Shown here one piece after another: positions 56,402 to 64,000 of a stretch of DNA of 64,000 bases. A program made the translations under genes and the position numbers. The stretch is from a virus. Numbering within the stretch: position 1 is the first letter of the stretch; the number at the start of each line of letters is the position of its first letter. The DNA lies in the IMG/VR virus record IMGVR_UViG_3300021963_000034, positions 1 through 64,000 of that record, one strand, 5' to 3'. The notes beneath the pieces are model-generated. The model made no database searches. It was given only the letters and a program-made list of their open reading frames with translations, and was not told the origin of the DNA.

Positions 56402-57727
56402 ATGCCAGCAGCAAATTTTGCCGCTCAGGCGGGAGAAACTCAAATTAAAATGTTTGAATTTTATTCAAACTATGGTAAAACTGTTGATGTGTCGAGTGGT
56501 TGTATTGAATTAAATTATTATGAGAGCATTCTTGATAATACAATTAGAGCGACTGCAACTTTTGCTGATACTGGAAATAGAAGTTCTGGTGAAGGGTCTG
56601 CTTCTGTAGAAAAAGATGACTTAAATTTAACTGTTGGTGAAAAGGTAAATTTAAAAGTAATTGATGGAAATCGAACAAGCCTTGAATTTACTGGCAGCAA
56701 ACAACTAAGAATTAAAGAAACCCGTAATATTGATGAAAGCACTGATAAATTAACGTTTACTGTAGATCTATTTTCAAAAGAATCTATTGATAATGAAATG
56801 GAAGAATTTAGAGTAAAGAAAAGATATGATGGAAAAATTTCAGATACAGTAGATAAAATATTAAAACAGGTTTTGAAAACTTCCAAGAAAATAGAAATCG
56901 ATACAACTCTTAATTCTCTGAGTGTATTGCCTACGACAACTAAACCGTTTTATCAATGTACTTGGTTGGGCCCTAGATCAGTCCCTACCGTTCAAAATGC
57001 AAAAGGAAATCTTGCGGGATTTTTCTTTTATGAAACATATGATGGATTTAAATTTAAATCTATTGATAAACTTTTTGAACAAAAACCTAAGAAAAAACTT
57101 ATCTTTAATAATTTAATTGGAGAAGTTCCTAAGGAATATGATGCAAAAATATTAGACTATTCTTTCGATAGTACAATAGATTTAAAAAATGTTTTGCTTA
57201 CAGGATCTCAATTAAATTCTAAGATGAAAGCAGTCAATTCTTATGAGAGTGCCTATCGAGAAAGTTCATTTGATTCAAAGAAGCAATTTAACACATCTAA
57301 TAATGGTGGAAAAGAGCAACCATTAATTGCAAAAGATCTTGGAATTCAACAAAAAACATCTAGGATATCTTATAAATGGGATGATCCTGGTTTTCTTGTA
57401 GAAGGAAAGTCTCTAAAAGATCAACTTCCAAAATCAACGTATATTAATTACAGTAACGATGAAATCTTGAGACAATCTTACATGAGATATAATAATCTTT
57501 TTGTTATTAAACTTTCGGTTACTATTGCTGGAGATTTAAGTTTAAGAGCAGGTGATTTGGTTCATTGTGATTTTCCTGAGGTTTCATCTAAAAAGAATAC
57601 GATTGTCAGTCAGAAAAAAAGTGGTATATATATGATAGCAGATGTATGTCATCGCGTAACAAAAAACAGTTGTTATACAAGACTAAATTTGATAAGAGAA
57701 TCCATTGGCAGAAAACCATTTAAGTAA
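56402..57727 (+). CDS. baseplate hub-like tail protein
   Basis: YYESI, FFFYET.DGF.FKSID, IAGD..LRAGD, SG.Y.I...CH. Confidence 0.65.
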   Translation: MPAANFAAQAGETQIKMFEFYSNYGKTVDVSSGCIELNYYESILDNTIRATATFADTGNRSSGEGSASVEKDDLNLTVGEKVNLKVIDGNRTSLEFTGSKQLRIKETRNIDESTDKLTFTVDLFSKESIDNEMEEFRVKKRYDGKISDTVDKILKQVLKTSKKIEIDTTLNSLSVLPTTTKPFYQCTWLGPRSVPTVQNAKGNLAGFFFYETYDGFKFKSIDKLFEQKPKKKLIFNNLIGEVPKEYDAKILDYSFDSTIDLKNVLLTGSQLNSKMKAVNSYESAYRESSFDSKKQFNTSNNGGKEQPLIAKDLGIQQKTSRISYKWDDPGFLVEGKSLKDQLPKSTYINYSNDEILRQSYMRYNNLFVIKLSVTIAGDLSLRAGDLVHCDFPEVSSKKNTIVSQKKSGIYMIADVCHRVTKNSCYTRLNLIRESIGRKPFK

Positions 57728-57728
57728 C

Positions 57729-57944
57729 ATGGACAGAACACTTCAACAACACATTAATGATGATAAAGATGAGATTGATAATCCTAATATCAGTGGCCAA
57801 CGTCGCCGCCACTTGGAGGATGAACTCGATCACTTAGAAAAATATCAGGTAAATCATCCAGATACTGATCATGATCCAACCGGATTTGAAATGTATTGCG
57901 ATGAACATCCAGATGCTCTAGGATGTAGAGTATACGAAGATTAA
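57729..57944 (+). CDS. cp12: CP12 Calvin-cycle inhibitor (phage type)
   Basis: SGQRRRH, DHDPT..EMYCDEHPDALGCRVYED. Confidence 0.88.
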   Translation: MDRTLQQHINDDKDEIDNPNISGQRRRHLEDELDHLEKYQVNHPDTDHDPTGFEMYCDEHPDALGCRVYED

Positions 57945-58636
57945 TGAATCCATACTCAGGAAACTTTGATTTAGCGACTGTATCTGCTTTACCTAGATGG
58001 TTTGGTAGAGTAGTCTCTAGTATTTCTTGGCAAGATAATATTGAAGCATCCCATTTTAATCCAAAAAATCAAAAAGGATGGGGTTATCGATATAGAGTAA
58101 GATATTTTGGGTTACATTCTAGTAATACTCAGGAAGTCCCTGATGATCAGTTACCGATGGCAAATGTTGTCATGCCAGTAACTGCTGGTTCTGGTCTTGG
58201 TGGATTTATTGATACTCCAACTATTTCTGCGGGGACAATTGTAACTGGTTTTTTCTTAGATGGAATGGGTGGCCAAGAACCTTATATTGATGGTATCTTA
58301 ATAAACTCAAATAATTCTGTTCCAAAATCTCAACCAAAAGATGAACTTGGTGGACTTCAACTTTTTAATGATACTTATAAAGGAACTAGTCCTCAAACGG
58401 GTGCTTTTGTTCCTGATTTTTTGCAGGCAATTAAACCAGTAAATAGACCTTCAAGTGCTAGTACTCAATATAAAGTAGCACAACAAAGTCCACTCACGAT
58501 TGATCAATTGAGAGCAAGAACTGCTGAAAGGGAAGCAGCAGGACCACAAGTTGGACAAAAAGTTACAGATGCCGAGACATTGAAACTCATAGAACAGGAG
58601 AGGGAGATTGGAAGAACCGGAAGATTTACTAGATAA
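57944..58636 (+). CDS. g5: gp5 N-terminal OB-fold baseplate hub protein
   Basis: W.GRV, RYRVR..G.H, LP.A.V..P, V.GFFLDG..GQEP. Confidence 0.8.
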   Translation: MNPYSGNFDLATVSALPRWFGRVVSSISWQDNIEASHFNPKNQKGWGYRYRVRYFGLHSSNTQEVPDDQLPMANVVMPVTAGSGLGGFIDTPTISAGTIVTGFFLDGMGGQEPYIDGILINSNNSVPKSQPKDELGGLQLFNDTYKGTSPQTGAFVPDFLQAIKPVNRPSSASTQYKVAQQSPLTIDQLRARTAEREAAGPQVGQKVTDAETLKLIEQEREIGRTGRFTR

Positions 58637-58649
58637 TAATAAGGAGTAG

Positions 58650-59723
58650 TTGAAAAAAATGACAGCGATCACCGCAGGTTCACCATCTACAAGCACCATA
58701 ATTCAATCTGCTGTAGATAAAGCAAGGACAGTTGACTTTACTGAAATTACTAAAGCGGCATGGTCTCAAGATTTTGACTTGAAAAGGGTTTTAGATATTC
58801 AGAGCCCTTGTAAGTCTGATAATAGTTCTATGAAAGGAATTCAAAGAGTTATTAAAAATCTTCAGAATGATCTTGAGAGAATTAAAAGATTTTCAAATGT
58901 CAATTCTGCTTTTGATGCATTAACTAAAGAAGATGTTGAACCTTGGAAATCTATTAAAAAACTTATAAATTTTTCCGCAGATGACATTGCAAGTTATGTA
59001 AAAAATATATTGGGCGGAGTTCGTGGTTGGGTGATGACCACTATACAAAATAAAGTTAAAGAAAAATTACCATTTCTTTTTCCTGGCGAAATGCCATCAT
59101 TCATTGATAAGTTGAATAAAGGATTGAATGGAATTTCTTGTGCCTTTGCCAAGATTGTGAGAGGTCTTGCAAAAACTGTGGGAAATTTGCTTCTTCAAAT
59201 GTTGGATAAATTTATTAACGGTCCAATGTGTTTGGTTGAAAATTTTATTAATAATTTACTTAAGAAAATTTTAGGACCTATAGAATCTGCAATAAAAACT
59301 GCCTTGGGAATAATCGACAAAGCACTTTCCGCTGTTCAAAATCTAGCAGGCAGTTTGTTCAACTTACTAGACTTTATTACAGGTATTCTCAACTTTTTTA
59401 AATGTGATGATGATAAAGCATGTCCATCAGTTCAGGAGATAACATTGTCTGGTGCTGGGCAAAATAATCCTCAAGGTGGAGATGCTGTTGGTCCAAATTC
59501 TTCTTCATCAAGTTCTTCTCCTTTAGATGGTGGAATTACTCCTACTGGACAGTTTACTTCTGGCGTTGCGCAAGGAGATTCGTCTTCTACCCAAGATGCT
59601 AGAACATCATCTCCTAGCGGATCTACTAATTCTAATATTGATAAAACCTTTGGGACAAGTCAAGAAGCAAAAGATTTACTTGCTGGTAAAAAAGTTGACG
59701 GACTTTCTTTTGAGTTGAATTAA
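58650..59723 (+). CDS. baseplate/spike-associated protein (gp5 region)
   Basis: ORF track; helical, Cys-spaced. Confidence 0.55.
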   Translation: MKKMTAITAGSPSTSTIIQSAVDKARTVDFTEITKAAWSQDFDLKRVLDIQSPCKSDNSSMKGIQRVIKNLQNDLERIKRFSNVNSAFDALTKEDVEPWKSIKKLINFSADDIASYVKNILGGVRGWVMTTIQNKVKEKLPFLFPGEMPSFIDKLNKGLNGISCAFAKIVRGLAKTVGNLLLQMLDKFINGPMCLVENFINNLLKKILGPIESAIKTALGIIDKALSAVQNLAGSLFNLLDFITGILNFFKCDDDKACPSVQEITLSGAGQNNPQGGDAVGPNSSSSSSSPLDGGITPTGQFTSGVAQGDSSSTQDARTSSPSGSTNSNIDKTFGTSQEAKDLLAGKKVDGLSFELN

Positions 59724-59724
59724 T

Positions 59725-60867
59725 ATGGCAGACCAATATAGAGATACCTGTGTAGACAGGCAAAATAAAACTAGAAAATCTTTTAAAGGAAACCCTCTTG
59801 ATCCAATTAGAATTTCTTTCTATGATAAAGATGGACAAAAGATTAATGATGTAACTAGAAGTGAAGCAAATTGTATTGCAAAAGAAAATCCACAGCAAAA
59901 ATTTTATTATCAAGATGGTGGTGGATATCAAAGAGAGTTACTTATTGGTCAAGTAAATGCTTTATCTATTTTAGATTCTTTACCAAAAGCACCTAATTGT
60001 CCATCAAATCCACAACCTTGTGGTCCACCAAGAGTTCAGTTTTTTGGTGGTATGGGATTGGGAGCAATGGCAAATACAATAATCAGTCCAAATTCTAAAT
60101 CAATTATTGGATTTGATATTGTAAATCCTGGATTCAATTATCTAAATCCTCCTTTTGCAAATCTTGTTGATGAATGTGGAAATGGATCTGGTGGAAATTT
60201 ATTAGTTCAGACTAGACCTTATAGTGGAGGAGATCCTACTAAGGGAGGTCTAGAAATAAAGAACATTGTTATTACTGCTCCTGGAGATGGTTATCTTCCT
60301 GCACCTGACGGGTCTCTAGGTGGAAATGGAAGAGTGTGGAAATATCCTGAGGAAGGATATGTTGAAAGGAGTGATGGAAGCATCTATATAGTTCCTTCCG
60401 GTGCTATACCTGAAAATTTACCAGTTGGAGATAAATTTTATCCACCGGAATTACCGAGAACACAACCCACAATAAATACTTTGCCGACAACATATCCAGT
60501 AGTAGCTCAACTTGATGAAATATTTGTGGCAGATCCTGGATTTGGGTATGAACCTGGCGATACTTTGCAGGTGCTTGCTTCTGATGGTACAACCGGAGGA
60601 GCTGAATTGAGACCTGTTATAAATGACAGAGGAGAAATAATTCAAGTTAAAGTTATAAAACCGGGAATAGGATTTGTTGATCTTCCTGAGATTATTATAG
60701 ATTCTTCTAGAGGTTATAATGCAAAATTAATACCTGTATTAAAAGTAATTCCGTTGAGTCAACTTCCTGATCCAGCAGTAATTCCGCGATCAACTGCAGT
60801 AATTTCTGTTGTTGATTGTGTTGGTAGAATACTACCAAGAGAGACCTTTGATGTAGTACCGAGATGA
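59725..60867 (+). CDS. virion structural protein with PG.GY repeats
   Basis: ORF track; repeated V..PG.GY motifs. Confidence 0.6.
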   Translation: MADQYRDTCVDRQNKTRKSFKGNPLDPIRISFYDKDGQKINDVTRSEANCIAKENPQQKFYYQDGGGYQRELLIGQVNALSILDSLPKAPNCPSNPQPCGPPRVQFFGGMGLGAMANTIISPNSKSIIGFDIVNPGFNYLNPPFANLVDECGNGSGGNLLVQTRPYSGGDPTKGGLEIKNIVITAPGDGYLPAPDGSLGGNGRVWKYPEEGYVERSDGSIYIVPSGAIPENLPVGDKFYPPELPRTQPTINTLPTTYPVVAQLDEIFVADPGFGYEPGDTLQVLASDGTTGGAELRPVINDRGEIIQVKVIKPGIGFVDLPEIIIDSSRGYNAKLIPVLKVIPLSQLPDPAVIPRSTAVISVVDCVGRILPRETFDVVPR

Positions 60868-61442
60868 CAAAATCCAAAAATTACGAAACAAAAAGAACAG
60901 GTACAAAAGATGGACAAATATCTTTTGGACATATTCATGGAGATCAAGTAAAGTCTTCTGTTATGGTTCAGGGACAAGAAGCACTTGAATATATTTCTAT
61001 TGATCAAACTGAACCAAGAAAACGCTGGATGACATCAAGATGTCGTGGAAGATATCAAGTTAAATGTGGTGATGATATTCCTAAGGATCAGGTTGGGATG
61101 TGGTTTAATGCGGATAGAAGTGATATACTAATTCAAACCAGAGGTAGACTTAGATTAGAAGCGGAAAATATTGACATAATTGCTCGTGGGCCTGATGCCA
61201 CTAAAGGTGTGGTTAATATTATTTCAAATGAAAGTGTTAATGTTGAAACTAAAAAGTTTACAGTTAATGCAAATGAGACTATCAGTTTATATACTGATGG
61301 AGAAATGCTGCAGAGCGCAATAAATATTATGAAAATGTACGCTGGAAGTATTCAAAAAATGACTTCCATGAGTGCTATAAAGTCTCCTTCTCAACCGATT
61401 TTGAAGAATTTACTTCAGTTAACAAAACAATTCCCAAATTAA
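60864..61442 (+). CDS. spike beta-helix-like protein (gp5 C-region)
   Basis: ORF track; FGHIH, L.AENIDI. Confidence 0.55.
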   Translation: MTKSKNYETKRTGTKDGQISFGHIHGDQVKSSVMVQGQEALEYISIDQTEPRKRWMTSRCRGRYQVKCGDDIPKDQVGMWFNADRSDILIQTRGRLRLEAENIDIIARGPDATKGVVNIISNESVNVETKKFTVNANETISLYTDGEMLQSAINIMKMYAGSIQKMTSMSAIKSPSQPILKNLLQLTKQFPN

Positions 61443-61448
61443 AAAATT

Positions 61449-62483
61449 ATGTCAAGTTCAAGCGATTTTGAATTAATTCATGGACAACTTCATGTTTGTG
61501 ATCGGGTTAATGATAAACCTTTAACCCCGGAAGCATTAGGTAGAGGTACTTGCAATATTAGAGGTGCTGCCTATTTTCAGTCTCCCACAATTTTGGGAAA
61601 TGATAAGACCTTTGATGCGACTGAAGCGACCGTTATGATAGGTCCTTTGAAAAATTTAGATGCACCTTTTCCTATTGTTTGTGGAAACTTGGAATTCATA
61701 GACAAATGGGAAATTAGTCCCTGCTCAAACGTCGGAGTTGGGAAGGGAATGGAAAAAGGTAAAGAACTTTTGAATCCATATTCTTTAGTTGTTCGTAAAG
61801 GACGACCAATAGTAGAGGGTCCAGAATGTTGTGCTCCAAAATGCGAAGGTCCTAGAAAAGGTCCAGCTGCCGCGATGTTTATTGGTGATGTTGATTTTTA
61901 TGAGAACGTAAGAATTAAAGAAAAATTATCTGTTGTTGATAAAGCAGATTTTTATGATGATATTGTAGTTAGGCAAAATGTCATTACTGGTAAAAATGGA
62001 TGTTTTGGTGGAACTCTAGATGGTACTCCGACAGGAAGATTACTTGCGAGAATTGAAGTAGCAGATGCTAGACCAAAACCATTTGATATGGTTCATCCAT
62101 CACTTGGGAAAGGTCATCGTCTTCGTTATGCTTGTATTGAGGGCCCTGAAGTTGGTGTATATTTTAGAGGTAGAGTAACGAATAAAACTGAGATTGAACT
62201 TCCCTGGTATTGGAAGGACTTGGTGCATACTAGAAGTATTTCTGTTCAACTTCAACCAATAGGATCTCATCAAGATATTATTGTAAAAAGATGGGACGAT
62301 CAAAAAATATATCTTCAGTCAAAGAGTGGAATTCCTATTGATTGTTTTTATCATGTCTATGCAGAAAGGAAAGATGTTAATGCACTTGTTGTTGAATATG
62401 ATGGCAACGAATGGAGTGATTATCCTGATAAAGATTATAACGATCCTCAATATGCGAATAAGGTAAACACTAAGACGTTGTGA
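61449..62483 (+). CDS. virion structural protein with a C-terminal chaperone-like domain
   Basis: KPFDM.HP...RLRYACIEGPE.GVY.RG, Y.VYAERKD. Confidence 0.6.
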   Translation: MSSSSDFELIHGQLHVCDRVNDKPLTPEALGRGTCNIRGAAYFQSPTILGNDKTFDATEATVMIGPLKNLDAPFPIVCGNLEFIDKWEISPCSNVGVGKGMEKGKELLNPYSLVVRKGRPIVEGPECCAPKCEGPRKGPAAAMFIGDVDFYENVRIKEKLSVVDKADFYDDIVVRQNVITGKNGCFGGTLDGTPTGRLLARIEVADARPKPFDMVHPSLGKGHRLRYACIEGPEVGVYFRGRVTNKTEIELPWYWKDLVHTRSISVQLQPIGSHQDIIVKRWDDQKIYLQSKSGIPIDCFYHVYAERKDVNALVVEYDGNEWSDYPDKDYNDPQYANKVNTKTL

Positions 62484-63046
62484 AAAGATTGATTTATATT
62501 GAGGAAAATTTTTTAGACGCAGTAGCGTGTAAATCGTTTATAGATTTTGCTATTGAAAATAAGGATAAAGAATTGCCATATGGTAATGAAAGTAGAGGTG
62601 GAGATACTTTTATTACTAATTTAGATTGTGGTGGTAACCTTTATCAAGGAGGAGTGCCTGATTGTATAGACTTAAATGGTGTAAAAAATCCAATAATTTC
62701 TTCAATTACAAAAATTTGCAAGTCTTTTGATGAAAATATTAAATTAGACTATGCGACGATCGTGAGATGGCCTGAAGGAACTTTTATGAAACCTCATTAT
62801 GATAACTCCTATCAAGATAATCCTGATGTTTTTGCTGCTCTAGTGTACCTAAATGATTCTTATAGTGGTGGATATACTTGCTTTGAGGACTTTGAAGTGA
62901 AACCACAATTAGGAAAACTAGTTATATTTTCCAACTCCCAATATCTTCATCATGTTACAAAAGTTGAGGACAGCGAAAGATTTGTTCTTTCCCTCTGGTA
63001 CAGTGGGTTGACACGGACCCTTGACCGTGCTATGATACATGGGTAA
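62480..63046 (+). CDS. 2OG-Fe(II) oxygenase
   Basis: PHYD, YLND.Y.GG, HHVTKV..ERF. Confidence 0.88.
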   Translation: MKRLIYIEENFLDAVACKSFIDFAIENKDKELPYGNESRGGDTFITNLDCGGNLYQGGVPDCIDLNGVKNPIISSITKICKSFDENIKLDYATIVRWPEGTFMKPHYDNSYQDNPDVFAALVYLNDSYSGGYTCFEDFEVKPQLGKLVIFSNSQYLHHVTKVEDSERFVLSLWYSGLTRTLDRAMIHG

Positions 63047-63061
63047 TCAACGGACGACCGA

Positions 63062-63244
63062 ATGCAAGACGAGTACCTCTCACGCTGCGTGGTGGACCCT
63101 ATCAAGCGTACAGTGTATCTGTATTCTAACGAAGGGTCAGAGAAGCAAGTGACCTGTGATACAGTAGAAGAATTTATGAATGTGCTAGAGTTTGTTCGTT
63201 CTGCAGTGGATGAAGAGACTCTCTCATACGCAAATCCACTTTAA
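63062..63244 (+). CDS. hypothetical protein
   Basis: ORF track; TTGACA-N17-TATGAT upstream. Confidence 0.75.
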   Translation: MQDEYLSRCVVDPIKRTVYLYSNEGSEKQVTCDTVEEFMNVLEFVRSAVDEETLSYANPL

Positions 63245-63307
63245 TTTCCATTTTTGGTCCAAAAATTTTCCCGGTAAAAATTGCCCTTATTACTTTTTTG
63301 AAAAAGT

Positions 63308-63511
63308 ATGGTTTATAAAATTTCATACAAAGACCTCAAAGAGGAACCAGTCAAAACCACTCCCGAAAATGTAAAAGAGTCAAATGAAGCACTCTTTACA
63401 GCAAAGTGGAATCTCCCTAAAGCAGCAAAGCACTGTGGAATGTCACAAAAAGAAATGAAGTTGACATTCTGGGAATATATCAAGTATAATCCTAGTACTT
63501 ACCAAGCGTAA
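63308..63511 (+). CDS. hypothetical protein
   Basis: ORF track; WNLPKAAKHCGM. Confidence 0.75.
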   Translation: MVYKISYKDLKEEPVKTTPENVKESNEALFTAKWNLPKAAKHCGMSQKEMKLTFWEYIKYNPSTYQA

Positions 63512-63518
63512 GTTTTTT

Positions 63519-63800
63519 GCGAGTATGGTGGAATCGGTAGACACACCAGACTTATGAAAATTGAGCCTCATTTAGGAAACTTTATGAGTGTAATTCCTCA
63601 AATTCGGTGAAACCTGTAAAATGGCAATACCGAGCCAAGCATCGCAAGATGAAGGTGTAGAGACTAGACGGGGAACACCTAAACCAAAAGGTATGGTGAA
63701 GGTATAGTCCAGACCACAAACCGAAAGGGTAGTGAAAACTATAGTGGTACGAAAATCTGTTGGGCGTATGCCCGTGGGAGTTCAAGTCTCCCTACTCGCA
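63519..63800 (+). tRNA. trnL: tRNA-Leu(UAA), split by an intron (exons 63519-63553 and 63752-63800)
   Basis: GCGAGTA/TACTCGC acceptor; joining exons restores CAGA-CTTAAAA-TCTG, a variable arm and GTTCAAGTC. Confidence 0.93.
63554..63751 (+). mobile_element. group I intron (IC3-like, 198 nt, no ORF)
   Basis: Follows exon U, ends in G; core AAATTCGGTGAAACC, GGCAATACCGAGCCAAG, GTAGAGACTAGACGG, GAAGGTATAGTCC. Confidence 0.92.
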
Positions 63801-63843
63801 TTAGAGTTCATACTCTAAATAAACAAAAGTAAGGGACTATTCT

Positions 63844-64000
63844 ATGAAATACAGAATAGATGCCAGATATGTTTGGTATAACAAAGGATCAATGGTTGTT
63901 CTTATGTATTTCATAAACCAGATTCCTTTTACTTTTGATGAACTCCCTGACGAATCTATATTTGACTTGGAGTTAGTAGAATTAGCAGACAAAGAAAGAA
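63844..64000 (+). CDS. hypothetical protein (partial)
   Basis: MKYRIDARYVWYNKG... open to the window end. Confidence 0.65.
   Translation, partial: MKYRIDARYVWYNKGSMVVLMYFINQIPFTFDELPDESIFDLELVELADKER

Noticed and set aside
1272-62303. Many short antisense or alternate-frame ORFs overlapping recognised genes
   Set aside because: They lie within well-supported genes and have no RBS or family motifs
63582-63785. Minus-strand 67-aa ORF as an intron-encoded protein
   Set aside because: Antisense to the intron and tRNA, no nuclease motif

Overview
This 64-kb window comes from a T4-like cyanomyovirus, probably infecting freshwater Synechococcus/Cyanobium. In order it contains: (1) a carbon/electron-flow AMG and tRNA region (tRNA-Ser, talC, gnd, small NdhP- and NdhQ-like genes missed by the ORF track, tRNA-Pro/Ile/Met, an orphan Phd/YefM-like gene) followed by a manA/wcaG-type structured RNA; (2) a ~15-kb nucleotide-sugar and glycosyltransferase island that also carries nadE; (3) porin, two hli genes, peroxiredoxin, two cell-wall hydrolases and an autotransporter-like protein; (4) psbA and psbD flanked by three free-standing homing endonucleases, with a stranded duplicate psbD 5' end; (5) nrdC, speD, a tandem glutamine riboswitch before a DUF4278 gene, thyX, phoH and T4 core genes 33/59/32; (6) a baseplate/tail module with cp12; (7) a tRNA-Leu(UAA) interrupted by a compact group I intron. 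The most striking observations are a whole protein-coding ORF inside the P2 loop of a glutamine-riboswitch aptamer (with a similar ORF inside the manA-like RNA), endonuclease cassettes that appear to capture a gene's 5' end and supply a replacement (psbD, g4), a 198-nt intron in a phage tRNA, a lambda G/GT-like -1 frameshift site between g26 and g51, and a PARP-like ADP-ribosyltransferase motif in a tape-measure-like protein. All family assignments come from motif recognition by eye; no database searches were run.
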